Assembly: GCA_963841825.1 (NCBI GenBank)
Contig: CAWJEL010000010.1
Location: forward strand, 134,903 to 198,902
Length of the DNA stretch: 64,000 bases
Reading direction: 5' to 3'
From: an uncultured Chloroflexia bacterium
GTDB lineage: Bacteria; Chloroflexota; Anaerolineae; CG2-30-64-16
Positions 9,946 through 18,960 of the stretch are shown here, piece after piece. Numbering within the stretch: the stretch's first letter is position 1; every line of letters starts with the position of its first letter. The translations under genes were made by a program, and so were the position numbers. The notes beneath the pieces are model-generated. The model was not told where the DNA came from. It saw nothing but the letters and a program-made list of their open reading frames with translations, and ran no database searches.

Positions 9946-10004
9946 GATTGACCATCGACCATCGACCATCGTCCATCGTCCATCATCCATCATCCATCGT
10001 CCGT
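9946..10004. repeat. Tandem heptamers CGACCAT / CGTCCAT / CATCCAT (8 units) just upstream of the next gene
   Basis: Units read tgaccat cgaccat cgaccat cgtccat cgtccat catccat catccat cgtccgt. This is the same heptamer family as 5878-5920. Confidence 0.75.
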
Positions 10005-10013
10005 TCAAAGCCT

Positions 10014-12675
10014 ATGCCGACCGTTGCACCTACCCATATTCTCATCCTGACCCACGAGCACACGGATTTTGATGCTCTGGCCAGCATGTTGGCCGCGTCC
10101 AGGCTTTATCCGCAATCTGTGCCTGTGCTGCCGCGCCAGATTAACCGCAACCTGGAAGCCTTCCTGGCGGACTATCATGATCTGCTGCCGTTCGTGCGTC
10201 TGGAAGATCTGCCGAAGCGGCGCGTGGATCATGTGATCGCGGTGGACACGCAGACCGCGCAGCCGGTGCGCGGCATGAACCAGGCCACCACCGGTCTGGT
10301 GATCGACCACCACCCGCCCATGCGCGATTTGGCGGCCGGCTGGACCTTCTGGGGCGACGAGGTCGGCGCGACCACTACCTTGCTGGTGGAGCGTCTCGCC
10401 GACGAGGGCGTGACCGTCAGCCCCATCGAAGCCACGCTGTTCATGTTGGGCATCTACGAGGACACGGGCGCGCTCAGCTACGGCACGACCACCCCGCGCG
10501 ATCTGCGTGCGGCCGCCTGGCTGCTGGAGCACAACGCCAACATGCTGGTGGTCAACAAATTCCTGCATCATCCGCTCACCGACGAGCAGCGGGCGCTCTA
10601 TCAGCAGTTGGCTGATAACTGCCAGCCCTACCAGTTTCACGGTCATGCGGTTATCATCACCTCGGCCACGCTGACCGAGACGGTGGAGGAAATCTCAACC
10701 CTGGCGCACAAGCTGCACGATCTGTATGAGCCGGACGGCCTCTTCATGCTGGTACAGATGGACGATTATATCCAGATGGTGGCGCGCAGCACCGACGACG
10801 CGATCGATGTGGGCAAGATCGCCCAGGGTTTGGGTGGCGGCGGCCACAGCCGCGCCGCGGCCGCGCTGATCCGCGAGGGATCGTTGCCGGCGGTGTTCGA
10901 GACGCTGGTCTATCTGCTGCAAAACCACATTCACCCCACTGTCACTGTCGGCCAAATTATGTCCTACGGCGTGCCGCAGACTCTGGGGCCAGCCGATACC
11001 ATCGCCAGCGCGGCCGAGCGGATGCGCCGCTACGGCTTCGAAGGTTTTCCGGTGGTGGACGGCGGCCGGGTGCTCGGTATGCTCACGCGCCGCGAGATTG
11101 ATCGCGCGCTGCACCACAACCTGGCCGATCATCCTGTCAGCCGCTACATGCGCACCGGCGAGGTGTTCGTGACGCCGGAAGATTCGGTGGCGTCGCTGCG
11201 TAAGGTAATGACCGAATATGACTGGGGTCAGGTACCCGTGCTCGATCCGCTGACCGGCGGCTTGCTGGGTATCGTCACTCGCACCGACCTGATCAAGCAG
11301 TGGGCCGCCGCACCCCAACGCGTTGAGAGCCTGGAGAATTTGATGGCTGAAACGCTCCCGCCGTTGCTCCTTACCTTGATCAAGGAAGTCGGCGCGGTGG
11401 CCAGCGCATTAAGCTTTCCTTTGTATGCGGTGGGCGGGTTCGTGCGCGATCTTCTGTTAGGTCAACCCAACTTCGACGTCGATCTGGTGGTGGAGGGTGA
11501 TGCGATCCGCCTGGCCCAGGCGCTGACCCAACGGTTCGGCGGCCGCGTGCGCAGCCATCGTCGCTTCGGCACCGCCAAATGGATCCTGCCGGAGACGCTT
11601 ACGCTGACGAACGACGACGGTACGACTTACGCCGGCAGCGACTTGCCTGAGTCGCTGGACTTCGTCACCGCACGCACCGAGTTCTACGCCCATCCGACCG
11701 CGCTGCCGACCGTTGAACGCAGCAGCATCAAACAGGACCTGCATCGCCGCGACTTCACGATCAACACGCTGGCCGTGCGTTTGACGCCCGCACACTGGGG
11801 CGAACTGCTGGATTTCTATGGCGGCCGCAAAGATCTTGTGGATGGGATGATCCGCGTGTTACACAGCCTCAGCTTCGTCGAGGATCCGACGCGCATCCTG
11901 CGCGCAGCCGCGCTTCGAGCAGCGTTTCGCTTTCCGCATCGAGCCGCGCACCGAGGAGCTGATCGCCGGCGCGCTGGACCTGCTGGACCGCGTCAGCGCC
12001 GAGCGGGTGCGCCACGAACTGGAACTGATCCTGGCTGAAGCCGAGCCGGAACGCGCTTTGTGTCGCCTCGGCGAGATGAACGTCCTGGCCAGGCTGCACC
12101 CCCAGCTCCGCTGTGATGCCTGGTTCAGAGCGAAAGCAGCCGAGTTGCGCGCGGCGGTGGGTCAGGTGAGCCATCTGCACAACCAGTCGCCGGCGGCCAT
12201 GACACTGGCGCCGACGGCCGCGCCGCGCCTGCACCTGGCGCTGCTGACCTACCCGCTGTCTGCCGCGGCCGCCGGTGAATTCACGACGCGTTTCCACATC
12301 CGCAAGGAGTACCGCGAGCTTATCGTCGAGGTGCATAAGCTGGCGGCGCAGATCGACGTTCTTAACAGCAACGATATTCAGCCCAGCGGGATTGTGCGGG
12401 CGCTGGATGAATCCAGCGCAGAGGCGCGCCTGGTGCTGCGCGTGGCGTGTGACGACTGGCTGGTGCGCCAGCGACTCGATCTCTACCAGCGCCGGCTCCA
12501 GCACGTGCGGTCGGCCCTCGACGGCGACGATCTGCGCCGCATGGGTGTCGAGCCGGGCCGCATCTACCGGCAGATCCTCGAACGGCTGCGCGACGCGCGG
12601 CTGGATGGAGAGATCAGCACGCGTACACAAGAAGAGGCGCTGGTGCGTGCGACGTTGGCCGAGGCGGGAGACTGA
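10014..12675 (+). CDS. DHH phosphoesterase - CBS pair - poly(A) polymerase/CCA-adding nucleotidyltransferase fusion protein (one frameshift as sequenced)
   Basis: The DHH region is ILILTHEHTDFDALASM..DTQ..IDHH, followed by GGGGHSRAAAA. CBS pairs follow (IMSYGVPQTL.., VSRYMRTGEVFVTPE..). The nucleotidyltransferase head is LYAVGGFVRDLLLGQPNFDVDLVVEGDA..RRDFTINTLAV. After ~11900 the frame shifts to that of ORF 12007..12675 (..ILRAARFEQRFGFRIEPRTEELI..). Confidence 0.8.
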
Positions 12676-12861
12676 AGCATGGCGGCAGCCAACAATGGAA
12701 GCAACAAGCTGGAACCTGAAGATCGCGCCGCCCACGACTGGTACCGTTTCGTGCTGTCGTTCCCGCCGCTGATCTCCAAAACTACCGCACACGCCCCGTT
12801 TTTGACTGAGTAGGCGCCTCCCCGTACCTAACGGCCCGTGTCTCCGTTGATATAAGCGAAC

Positions 12862-13443
12862 ATGGCCATGGAACCAGCGATCGCCGATGAGCAAATCATA
12901 TCGCTGTTGCCCGGATGCCAGCGCGGTGAGACGGCCGCGGTCGAAACCCTCTACGACCTTTATGCCGACCGCCTCTACCGGTACATGCTGGCACGCGTCG
13001 GCGAGCCCGATATTGCCGCCGATCTCACCACCGAGCTCTTTGTCCGGGTAATCAAGCATATCCAAGGCTTCCGGCTCAACCAGAAACGGCCGGCGGCCTC
13101 GTTCAGCGCGTGGCTCTATCGGATCGCGGCTAACCTGGTCACCGACCACCACCGCCAGCGGCGCCGCGCCGCGGAGGTGAGCCTGAGCCCGGAGCTGCCG
13201 CTCGCCTCCCGTGATCCCAGTCTTCAGCGGCTGGCGGAGCAGCGGGAGACGTTGGCTGGACTGGCCAAGGCGATGGCGTCGCTCAGCGAAGATCAGCGGC
13301 TGGTGATCCTGGGCAAATTCGGCGAGGAGATGAGCAACGCCGAAGTTGCCGAATGGCTGGGCAAGACCGAAGGCGCGGTGAAATCGTTGCAGCATCGTGC
13401 TCTGCAGGCCCTCGGCAAGCTGTTGGGCGCCGGGGAGCGGTGA
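12862..13443 (+). CDS. ECF-type RNA polymerase sigma-70 family factor
   Basis: Region 2 reads LYDLYADRLYRYMLARVG..DLTTELFVRV..FSAWLYRIAANLVTDHHR. Region 4 reads LSEDQRLVILGKFGEEMSNAEVAEWLGKTEGAVKSLQHRAL. Confidence 0.85.
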   Translation: MAMEPAIADEQIISLLPGCQRGETAAVETLYDLYADRLYRYMLARVGEPDIAADLTTELFVRVIKHIQGFRLNQKRPAASFSAWLYRIAANLVTDHHRQRRRAAEVSLSPELPLASRDPSLQRLAEQRETLAGLAKAMASLSEDQRLVILGKFGEEMSNAEVAEWLGKTEGAVKSLQHRALQALGKLLGAGER

Positions 13444-13446
13444 ATT

Positions 13447-14862
13447 ATGAACCAGGTATTTGCCCTTGACGATTGTCTGAAGCGTTTGGCAGCGGGTGAA
13501 AGCCCAGCCGATGTGCTGGCCCGCTATCCTGAGCACGCGGCCGGGCTGGCGCCGATGTTGGCAGCCGCGGCACAGTGTGCGCTGCTCCCTGCCGCGCATC
13601 TGACAGGACCACAGCGTTTGCGGGCCAAGGTCGCTTTGCGCGGGGCCCTGGCCGCGCGTCAGGCGCGGCCGGCCGGGTTCGCCTGGCCGCGCCTGACCAA
13701 GTTGCCTCTGGCGTTCAGCCTGGCGCTCCTGCTGGTCATGGCGATCTCCGCAGCCGCGGTAGCCTCCAGCCGGCCCGGCGACATGTTGTATCCCCTGCGC
13801 GTGGCGGCCGAGCGCGCGCCGGTGCTGATCAGGTTCACCCCGGCCAGCCGCGCCGGCACGGAGCTGGATATTGCCGACCGGCGGCTGAAGGATTTGAGCG
13901 ATCATCTTGCCAGCGCCGGCGAAGCTGACTCAGTCGCATTGGACGCGGTGCTGCTGGGTGATGAGACGGCCGCCGAACGAGCGCTTGGGCTGGCAGCCGG
14001 TGAACGCGCGCTGCTCGCGGCGCGTGTGGCCGGGCATGCTGAAGGGCTGCGCGCACTGGCTGCGGTCGCGGTCGATCCTGAGGACGATAGAAAGCTGCGG
14101 GCCGCGGCCGAGCGCGCGCAGGACATCGTGAATAGCTTGCGCGATCCGGAAAACGGCGCGACTCAAGCCGGGGAGCACGAGATCGCGCCACCGCCGCAGG
14201 CATCTCCGGCCGCGGCAGGTCCCACACCCACGCCCACCGCGGCGCCCGCGCATCAGCCGGCGACGACGAGCACGCCGCCAACGCCGCCGGCCACACACCG
14301 ACCGCTGATCATCCGGCCACCCGGAAGCGGAACGCCGGGAGATCTGCCGCGCAGCCCGGAGCCAGCCCTCTCACCTTTGCCCACGCGCACGCGACCGGCG
14401 GACTGGACGCCACCTCCGACCCACACGCCGCGGCCAACTTTTACACCACGACCCACGCAGACGCGGCTCGCGGCGTGGACACCGCCTCCGATGCGAACGC
14501 CGCGGCCGACCCTTACACCACAGCGCGGGGGAACGCGACTGCCGGATCAGACGCCACCCCCGACGCCACCCCCGACGCGCACGCGACCGCCGGAGCGGAC
14601 GCCGCCTCCGACCCGCACGCGGCCGGCGGCAGGGACGCCGCGCGCTCCGACGACTGTGCCGACGGTGAGCGCGGCGATGCCAACCGCGGCGCCCACGGTG
14701 ATCATCCCCCCGGCGGAGACATCACCACCTGCCGACGTGCCGACCCCTGAGCCTGCGGCGACAGAAACCGACGGTTCTGGCCGGCAGCGAGACGGTACAC
14801 CGCCTCACGCACCGGTTTCCACGCCTGGGCCACGGTCGACCGGGGGAAGTGGACCTGGCTGA
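13447..14862 (+). CDS. Putative anti-sigma factor, single-pass membrane protein with DUF5667-like domain and long Pro/Thr-rich tail
   Basis: Starts 4 nt after the sigma gene stop. It has one TM helix (LPLAFSLALLLVMAISAAAVA) followed by GDMLYPLRVAAERAPVLIRF..LDIADRRLKDL. The C-terminal ~230 aa are TPPPT/RTRP repeats. Confidence 0.6.
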   Translation: MNQVFALDDCLKRLAAGESPADVLARYPEHAAGLAPMLAAAAQCALLPAAHLTGPQRLRAKVALRGALAARQARPAGFAWPRLTKLPLAFSLALLLVMAISAAAVASSRPGDMLYPLRVAAERAPVLIRFTPASRAGTELDIADRRLKDLSDHLASAGEADSVALDAVLLGDETAAERALGLAAGERALLAARVAGHAEGLRALAAVAVDPEDDRKLRAAAERAQDIVNSLRDPENGATQAGEHEIAPPPQASPAAAGPTPTPTAAPAHQPATTSTPPTPPATHRPLIIRPPGSGTPGDLPRSPEPALSPLPTRTRPADWTPPPTHTPRPTFTPRPTQTRLAAWTPPPMRTPRPTLTPQRGGTRLPDQTPPPTPPPTRTRPPERTPPPTRTRPAAGTPRAPTTVPTVSAAMPTAAPTVIIPPAETSPPADVPTPEPAATETDGSGRQRDGTPPHAPVSTPGPRSTGGSGPG

Positions 14863-14895
14863 TGCCTGACTCACGGCCAATTGGGAGTAAGAATA

Positions 14896-15747
14896 ATGCG
14901 TAACACGTTATCTTACCGTTTCACCACCTTCGGTTTGTTGACCGTCGTAGGTTTGGCTCTCTGGGTGATGCTTTGGCCGACAGCAGCCACCGGCGTCGGC
15001 CCGACCGGTTGCATTGATTTAGCGGTCGATGGCGGCTTCGAAAGCGACGGCCAGGGTTGGACCCAACAGCCTTCCCCACCGCTGCCATCCGGCGTAACCC
15101 TTATTGATCCGTTTTATCGACGTACCGGTCAATTGGGGGCTTATCTGGCGGGCCGCAACGACGCCAACGATCGCCTGAGCCAAACGATCACGCTGCCGGT
15201 AAGCGCCACGAGCGTCACGCTGGATTTCTGGTGGGCTTCTTTCACCGAGGAGAGTGCCGGCAGTTTCGATCTCTTGCGGGCCGCGCTCTACGACCCTGCC
15301 AGCGGCGCCCTGATCGCCACGCTGCTGTCGGCCGATAACTCGACTGCGGTTGACTGGATGTGGAATCTTGCGTCCTTCGACCTGACGCCGTATGCCGACC
15401 GGACAGTCATCTTGCAGTTCACGGCGACCAACGATGCAGACGGCCGGCCGACCATTTTCTTTGTGGATGACGTCAGCATCGCCGCGTGTGGTTCGACCGC
15501 GACCGCGACGGCAACCCCCACCGCGACCGTCACCGCCACCCCGACGGCAAGCGCGACCGTGCCGGCGCCATTCACCGCAACTGTGACGGCTACCTCGTCT
15601 CCGACCCACACCCCCACGGTGCGGGCGAGCGTGACGCCCACACTCATCGGAACAACCTCTCATCCAACGCGGACACCTACGCCGACTGATACGTCCATGC
15701 CGAACGTACAGCGGTGCTATCTACCACTGATATTCAGTAGCAGGTAG
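14896..15747 (+). CDS. Secreted hypothetical protein (jelly-roll/CBM-like domain, PT linker, C-terminal YLPLI motif)
   Basis: GGGAG lies 8 nt upstream of ATG 14896. A signal/TM segment (FGLLTVVGLALWVMLW) is followed by DGGFESDGQGW..FFVDDVSI, which is typical of galactose-binding-like modules. The protein ends with a TATATATPTATVTATPT linker and ..MPNVQRCYLPLIFSSR. Confidence 0.6.
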   Translation: MRNTLSYRFTTFGLLTVVGLALWVMLWPTAATGVGPTGCIDLAVDGGFESDGQGWTQQPSPPLPSGVTLIDPFYRRTGQLGAYLAGRNDANDRLSQTITLPVSATSVTLDFWWASFTEESAGSFDLLRAALYDPASGALIATLLSADNSTAVDWMWNLASFDLTPYADRTVILQFTATNDADGRPTIFFVDDVSIAACGSTATATATPTATVTATPTASATVPAPFTATVTATSSPTHTPTVRASVTPTLIGTTSHPTRTPTPTDTSMPNVQRCYLPLIFSSR

Positions 15748-15915
15748 TGCATTTTGCGCAGGCGTCTCATCCTTCATCCTTCCGCCTTCATCCTTTGGTG
15801 CGGTTCGCGATGGGTAGCGTATCTTTTTGACCGCATCCTCGTTTATTTGAACGGTGCACCACGATTCACTTCTATCAGAATGGCACAACACGATCCTTTC
15901 ACTGGAGGTAACAGC

Positions 15916-17151
15916 ATGAAACTCAAGCTCGCAACACGGAATATCGTTTGGCTGTTCGCGGTCCTGGCCTTGACCCTCGCAGCGCCCCCGGCTTTGCCGG
16001 CCGCCGCTGAGGCAGACGGCGGTATACCTTCTGACCTGCGCTTCACCGGCGTGATCACAGTAGCGGGTGGTCCCGGCGAGCCGTGGACGGTTGGTCCTCA
16101 GACCGTGGCTACCGATACACAGACGATGCTTCTGCCTACGGCTCAACCCGCAGCACCGGGCCTCTGGGCCGAGGTGGATGCCATGCGCCAGGCAGACGGT
16201 TCCTATCTTGCCAAGCGCATCATGGTTATGCCCGAGGCGGTACGGCTGCGCGGCATCGTCATCGCCAGGCCGGAGCCTGCCGATGGGGCAGGCGACTGGG
16301 TGATCGCCGGTATCACCGTCAAGGTCGGCGCCGACACCAGGATCAGCCCGCGCGGTGGTCCGGTGGCTGTGGGCAACTGGGTTGAGGCGGTGATGACAGA
16401 AGAAGGCGGCGTGCTCACGGCACTGCGGATCATCGGCATCGAGCCGCAGGACACTGTGGAAGTCACCGGTGCAATCCAGGGCGCCGGCACGGAAAGCTGG
16501 GTGCTCAGCAGCATCAAGCTGAACCTGAACCCGGATACGCTGCAGGGGGATAAGCCGGCGGACGTGGTCGGGCTGATCGCCCACGCGGCCGCGCAGATGC
16601 AAGAGGACGGTTCACTGCTGGCCCAGCGCCTGCATGTGATGTGGGCCGAGAAGCAACGCCCGGCCTTTGTCAATTTCGATGGTGTCATCGAGAAGCTGCC
16701 CGCACAGGGTCTACAGGGTGAGTGGATGGTTGGGGGCAAGGTGGTTGCGGTCCCGCCTTCAACTCGGATCAACCAGGAGAAAGGGTTGGCTGTCGTCGGC
16801 GCTGAGGTGAATGTCGCCGGCGTGCAGGCCGACGGCAAGGTGGTCGCCCACCAGATCACTGTGCTTAAGAGCCCGGCGACGGGTGGCCGCCCCATCACCT
16901 TCGTCGGCCGGATCGAAGAGCTGCCCGCGGGTACCCTGGGCAACTGGAAGGTAGCGGACCGAACGGTGGTGGTGAGCGCGAGCACCGTCCTGACGCCGAA
17001 GGATGCGACACCCAAAGTGGGCATGTGGGCGTTGGTCGAGGGCCTGCGCACATCTGATGGCGTGGTTCAGGCACGCTCGGTGCGTGTATGGCGGATGGGG
17101 CGTCCCAATGCAGCCGATCTGCCGCCCGCTGTGGAGCTCACGATCGAGTAA
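15916..17151 (+). CDS. Secreted DUF5666-repeat protein
   Basis: GGAGG lies 7 nt upstream of ATG 15916, and there is a signal peptide. Repeated modules have the form [FTG/VTG..W.V.G..V.V...T.I......G..V.V.......G.L.A..I]. Confidence 0.6.
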   Translation: MKLKLATRNIVWLFAVLALTLAAPPALPAAAEADGGIPSDLRFTGVITVAGGPGEPWTVGPQTVATDTQTMLLPTAQPAAPGLWAEVDAMRQADGSYLAKRIMVMPEAVRLRGIVIARPEPADGAGDWVIAGITVKVGADTRISPRGGPVAVGNWVEAVMTEEGGVLTALRIIGIEPQDTVEVTGAIQGAGTESWVLSSIKLNLNPDTLQGDKPADVVGLIAHAAAQMQEDGSLLAQRLHVMWAEKQRPAFVNFDGVIEKLPAQGLQGEWMVGGKVVAVPPSTRINQEKGLAVVGAEVNVAGVQADGKVVAHQITVLKSPATGGRPITFVGRIEELPAGTLGNWKVADRTVVVSASTVLTPKDATPKVGMWALVEGLRTSDGVVQARSVRVWRMGRPNAADLPPAVELTIE

Positions 17152-17198
17152 AACAGCAACCGATCCCAATGGGCTTATCCCGATGGGGCTTGTAGAAG

Positions 17199-17231
17199 CC
17201 GGACTGGCACGCCAGTCCGGCCTTTTTCGTT
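17199..17231 (+). terminator. Rho-independent terminator
   Basis: gccggactgg cacg ccagtccggc forms a 10-bp perfect stem and is followed by ctttttcgttt. Confidence 0.8.
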
Positions 17232-17296
17232 TGGGATCACCCTGCAAACTGTGCTATACTGCACGTTGTCGGTCATTCTGACTCAAGGAGGCGTGC

Positions 17297-18013
17297 ATGG
17301 GCAATCGTACTTTGTCGCCCGGGCTGGTGCTGCGGGCGCTTTTCCTCGACAGTGAGGCCTATGCCGAGCTGCGCGACGACGACAACCCGTTTGTCGAGGG
17401 CCTGTTTCTGCTCATCATCATCGGCATCCTCACTGCGTTCCTGGCCCTGATCGGCCAACTGCTGGCCTGGGCCAGCACCCCTAACCTTGCTGCCATCAAG
17501 GAGGTTGTTTTTCGCAACCTGCAACAGATGCCCTGGTGGTCCATGACGTCGAACGCGCCTGGCTTCGCCGCGGAGTTCCGGCGCTGGTATGATCTGGGCT
17601 GGCAGGCGTTCCCGGCGTTGTTCGGCGCGCCGAACCCGGCCGGCGCCGCGGTCAACATCCTGCTCTGGCCCCTCGGCCTGCTGATAAGCTGGCTGATCTA
17701 CGGCGTGTTGGCGCACCTCTTTGCGCGGATGCTCGGCGGCCAGGGCGGGCTGGGGCAGACGTTGGGCCTCACCGCGTTGGCCTTCACACCGATGCTGCTG
17801 CGGGGCCTGGAATTCATTCCGTTTCTGGTGATCGGCAGTGTGGCCGCCACGTGGCAACTGCTGCTGCGGTACAAAGCGGTGCGCACGGCTCACGGGCTGA
17901 CGTGGGGCCGGGCGTTTTGGGCGACGATGCTGCCGTTCGCCGTCTACCTCCTCTTCTGGCTGATCCTGGGGGGAAGCGCGGCGGCTGTGCTCGCACTGAT
18001 TGTGGGGAGGTAA
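17297..18013 (+). CDS. Yip1-domain-like integral membrane protein
   Basis: AAGGAGG RBS is present. About 5 TM helices follow an N-terminus ..VLRALFLDSEAYAELRDDDNPFVEGLFLLIIIG. Confidence 0.6.
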   Translation: MGNRTLSPGLVLRALFLDSEAYAELRDDDNPFVEGLFLLIIIGILTAFLALIGQLLAWASTPNLAAIKEVVFRNLQQMPWWSMTSNAPGFAAEFRRWYDLGWQAFPALFGAPNPAGAAVNILLWPLGLLISWLIYGVLAHLFARMLGGQGGLGQTLGLTALAFTPMLLRGLEFIPFLVIGSVAATWQLLLRYKAVRTAHGLTWGRAFWATMLPFAVYLLFWLILGGSAAAVLALIVGR

Positions 18014-18016
18014 GCG

Positions 18017-18811
18017 ATGGGCGCATGGATTCGAGTCTTGTGGGATGCGGCGATCTTCAAGACTGAGGCTTACGAGCGGCTGCGTGACCGGCGGGATGCC
18101 TTCATGCTGGGCTTCTTCGTGATCGTCGTCGTGGCGCTGCTCGTCGGCCTGCCCGTCTTCGTGACCCAGCTTGCGCGCGGGTTTCGTCCCCCCGAAGCGG
18201 AGATCGCGGATGCGCGCAGCGGTTTTCAGGGTTTCATGGATGGCATCACCCCGTTCCTCGGGCAGATGGGCCTGCCGGCTCAGGCGCAGGGGCCGATACT
18301 TGAGCAAGCCGAAGCCAACTTCGAGGGCGTGGCGACGATGATCGCCGAGATCGAGGCGTTGCCCACCGTGCTGCCGCGGCCGGTCGGCAAGATGCTGACC
18401 GCGTTCGGCGCCTGGGTCTCGCAGCCGTTCGGCGCATCCGGCTTCCCGCTGAGCGCCGCGGTGCTGGCGACGTGGCTGGGCTACGGCATCTGGGTGATGC
18501 TGGCGGCCAAGCTGATGGGCGGCCGCGGCACCTTGACCGGCTTCTTCGGGACAACCGCACTCTTTGCCGTGCCGCATGTGCTGGACTTCTTCCGCTGGGT
18601 GCCCTACGTCGGGGCGCTCCTGAGCTTCGTGGCCTTTATCTGGGGCCTGGCGATCTACGTCAAGGCGACCGCGGTGAGCCACCAATTCCGCCCGGCGCTG
18701 GGTCTCGTGGCCCTGGTGCTGCCGGTGATCGTCGTCGCCTTCCTCAGCATCTTGCTGATCTTCGGCGTGGGTGCGCTGGCGCTGGTCGCGGGGTTGGTTG
18801 GGAATCAGTAA
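18017..18811 (+). CDS. Yip1-domain-like integral membrane protein (paralog of preceding gene)
   Basis: Starts 4 nt after the previous stop. The N-terminus WIRVLWDAAIFKTEAYERLRDRRDAFMLGFFVIVVVAL parallels the preceding protein, and it is multi-TM. Confidence 0.6.
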   Translation: MGAWIRVLWDAAIFKTEAYERLRDRRDAFMLGFFVIVVVALLVGLPVFVTQLARGFRPPEAEIADARSGFQGFMDGITPFLGQMGLPAQAQGPILEQAEANFEGVATMIAEIEALPTVLPRPVGKMLTAFGAWVSQPFGASGFPLSAAVLATWLGYGIWVMLAAKLMGGRGTLTGFFGTTALFAVPHVLDFFRWVPYVGALLSFVAFIWGLAIYVKATAVSHQFRPALGLVALVLPVIVVAFLSILLIFGVGALALVAGLVGNQ

Positions 18812-18848
18812 ATGTGTTCTGGTCAATGACATGCTGGGCCCGGACAAG

Positions 18849-18914
18849 TCTCACGCAAAGGCGCAAAGCCGCAGAGGATCATCGTCTTGGCGTTCTTTGC
18901 GTCTTAGCGTGAGA
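18849..18914. repeat. Imperfect palindromic element built on tcacgcaaaggcgcaaag units
   Basis: tctcacgcaaaggcgcaaag ... ctttgcgtcttagcgtgaga. A half copy, tctcacgcaaaggcgcaaagaacgcaaagg, lies at 38644-38678. Confidence 0.6.
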
Positions 18915-18960
18915 TACGCGGAGTGCCCATCTCGTTTCCGGCCAGTACAGGAATGAGTAA

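Noticed and set aside
12700-12830. A GGAAC-containing sequence (ctggaacctgaag..) as an autoregulated ECF promoter upstream of the sigma gene.
   Set aside because: Only the -35-like pentamer is present. No convincing CGT-type -10 lies at the right spacing, and the segment also overlaps the 44-codon ORF.
11869-13905. 678-aa ORF on the minus strand. Similar long antisense ORFs are 17273..18847, 18973..20211, 15721..16602, 23086..24201, 29240..30304, 37204..38502, 47812..48594, 51069..52583, 59859..60821 and 62609..63880.
   Set aside because: Each lies exactly opposite a plus-strand gene with clear family signatures (sigma factor, Yip1, MoeA, S8, SdrD-B and others). Their translations are Arg/Gly/Pro/Ala-rich with no recognisable motifs. 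These are typical shadow ORFs of a high-GC genome.
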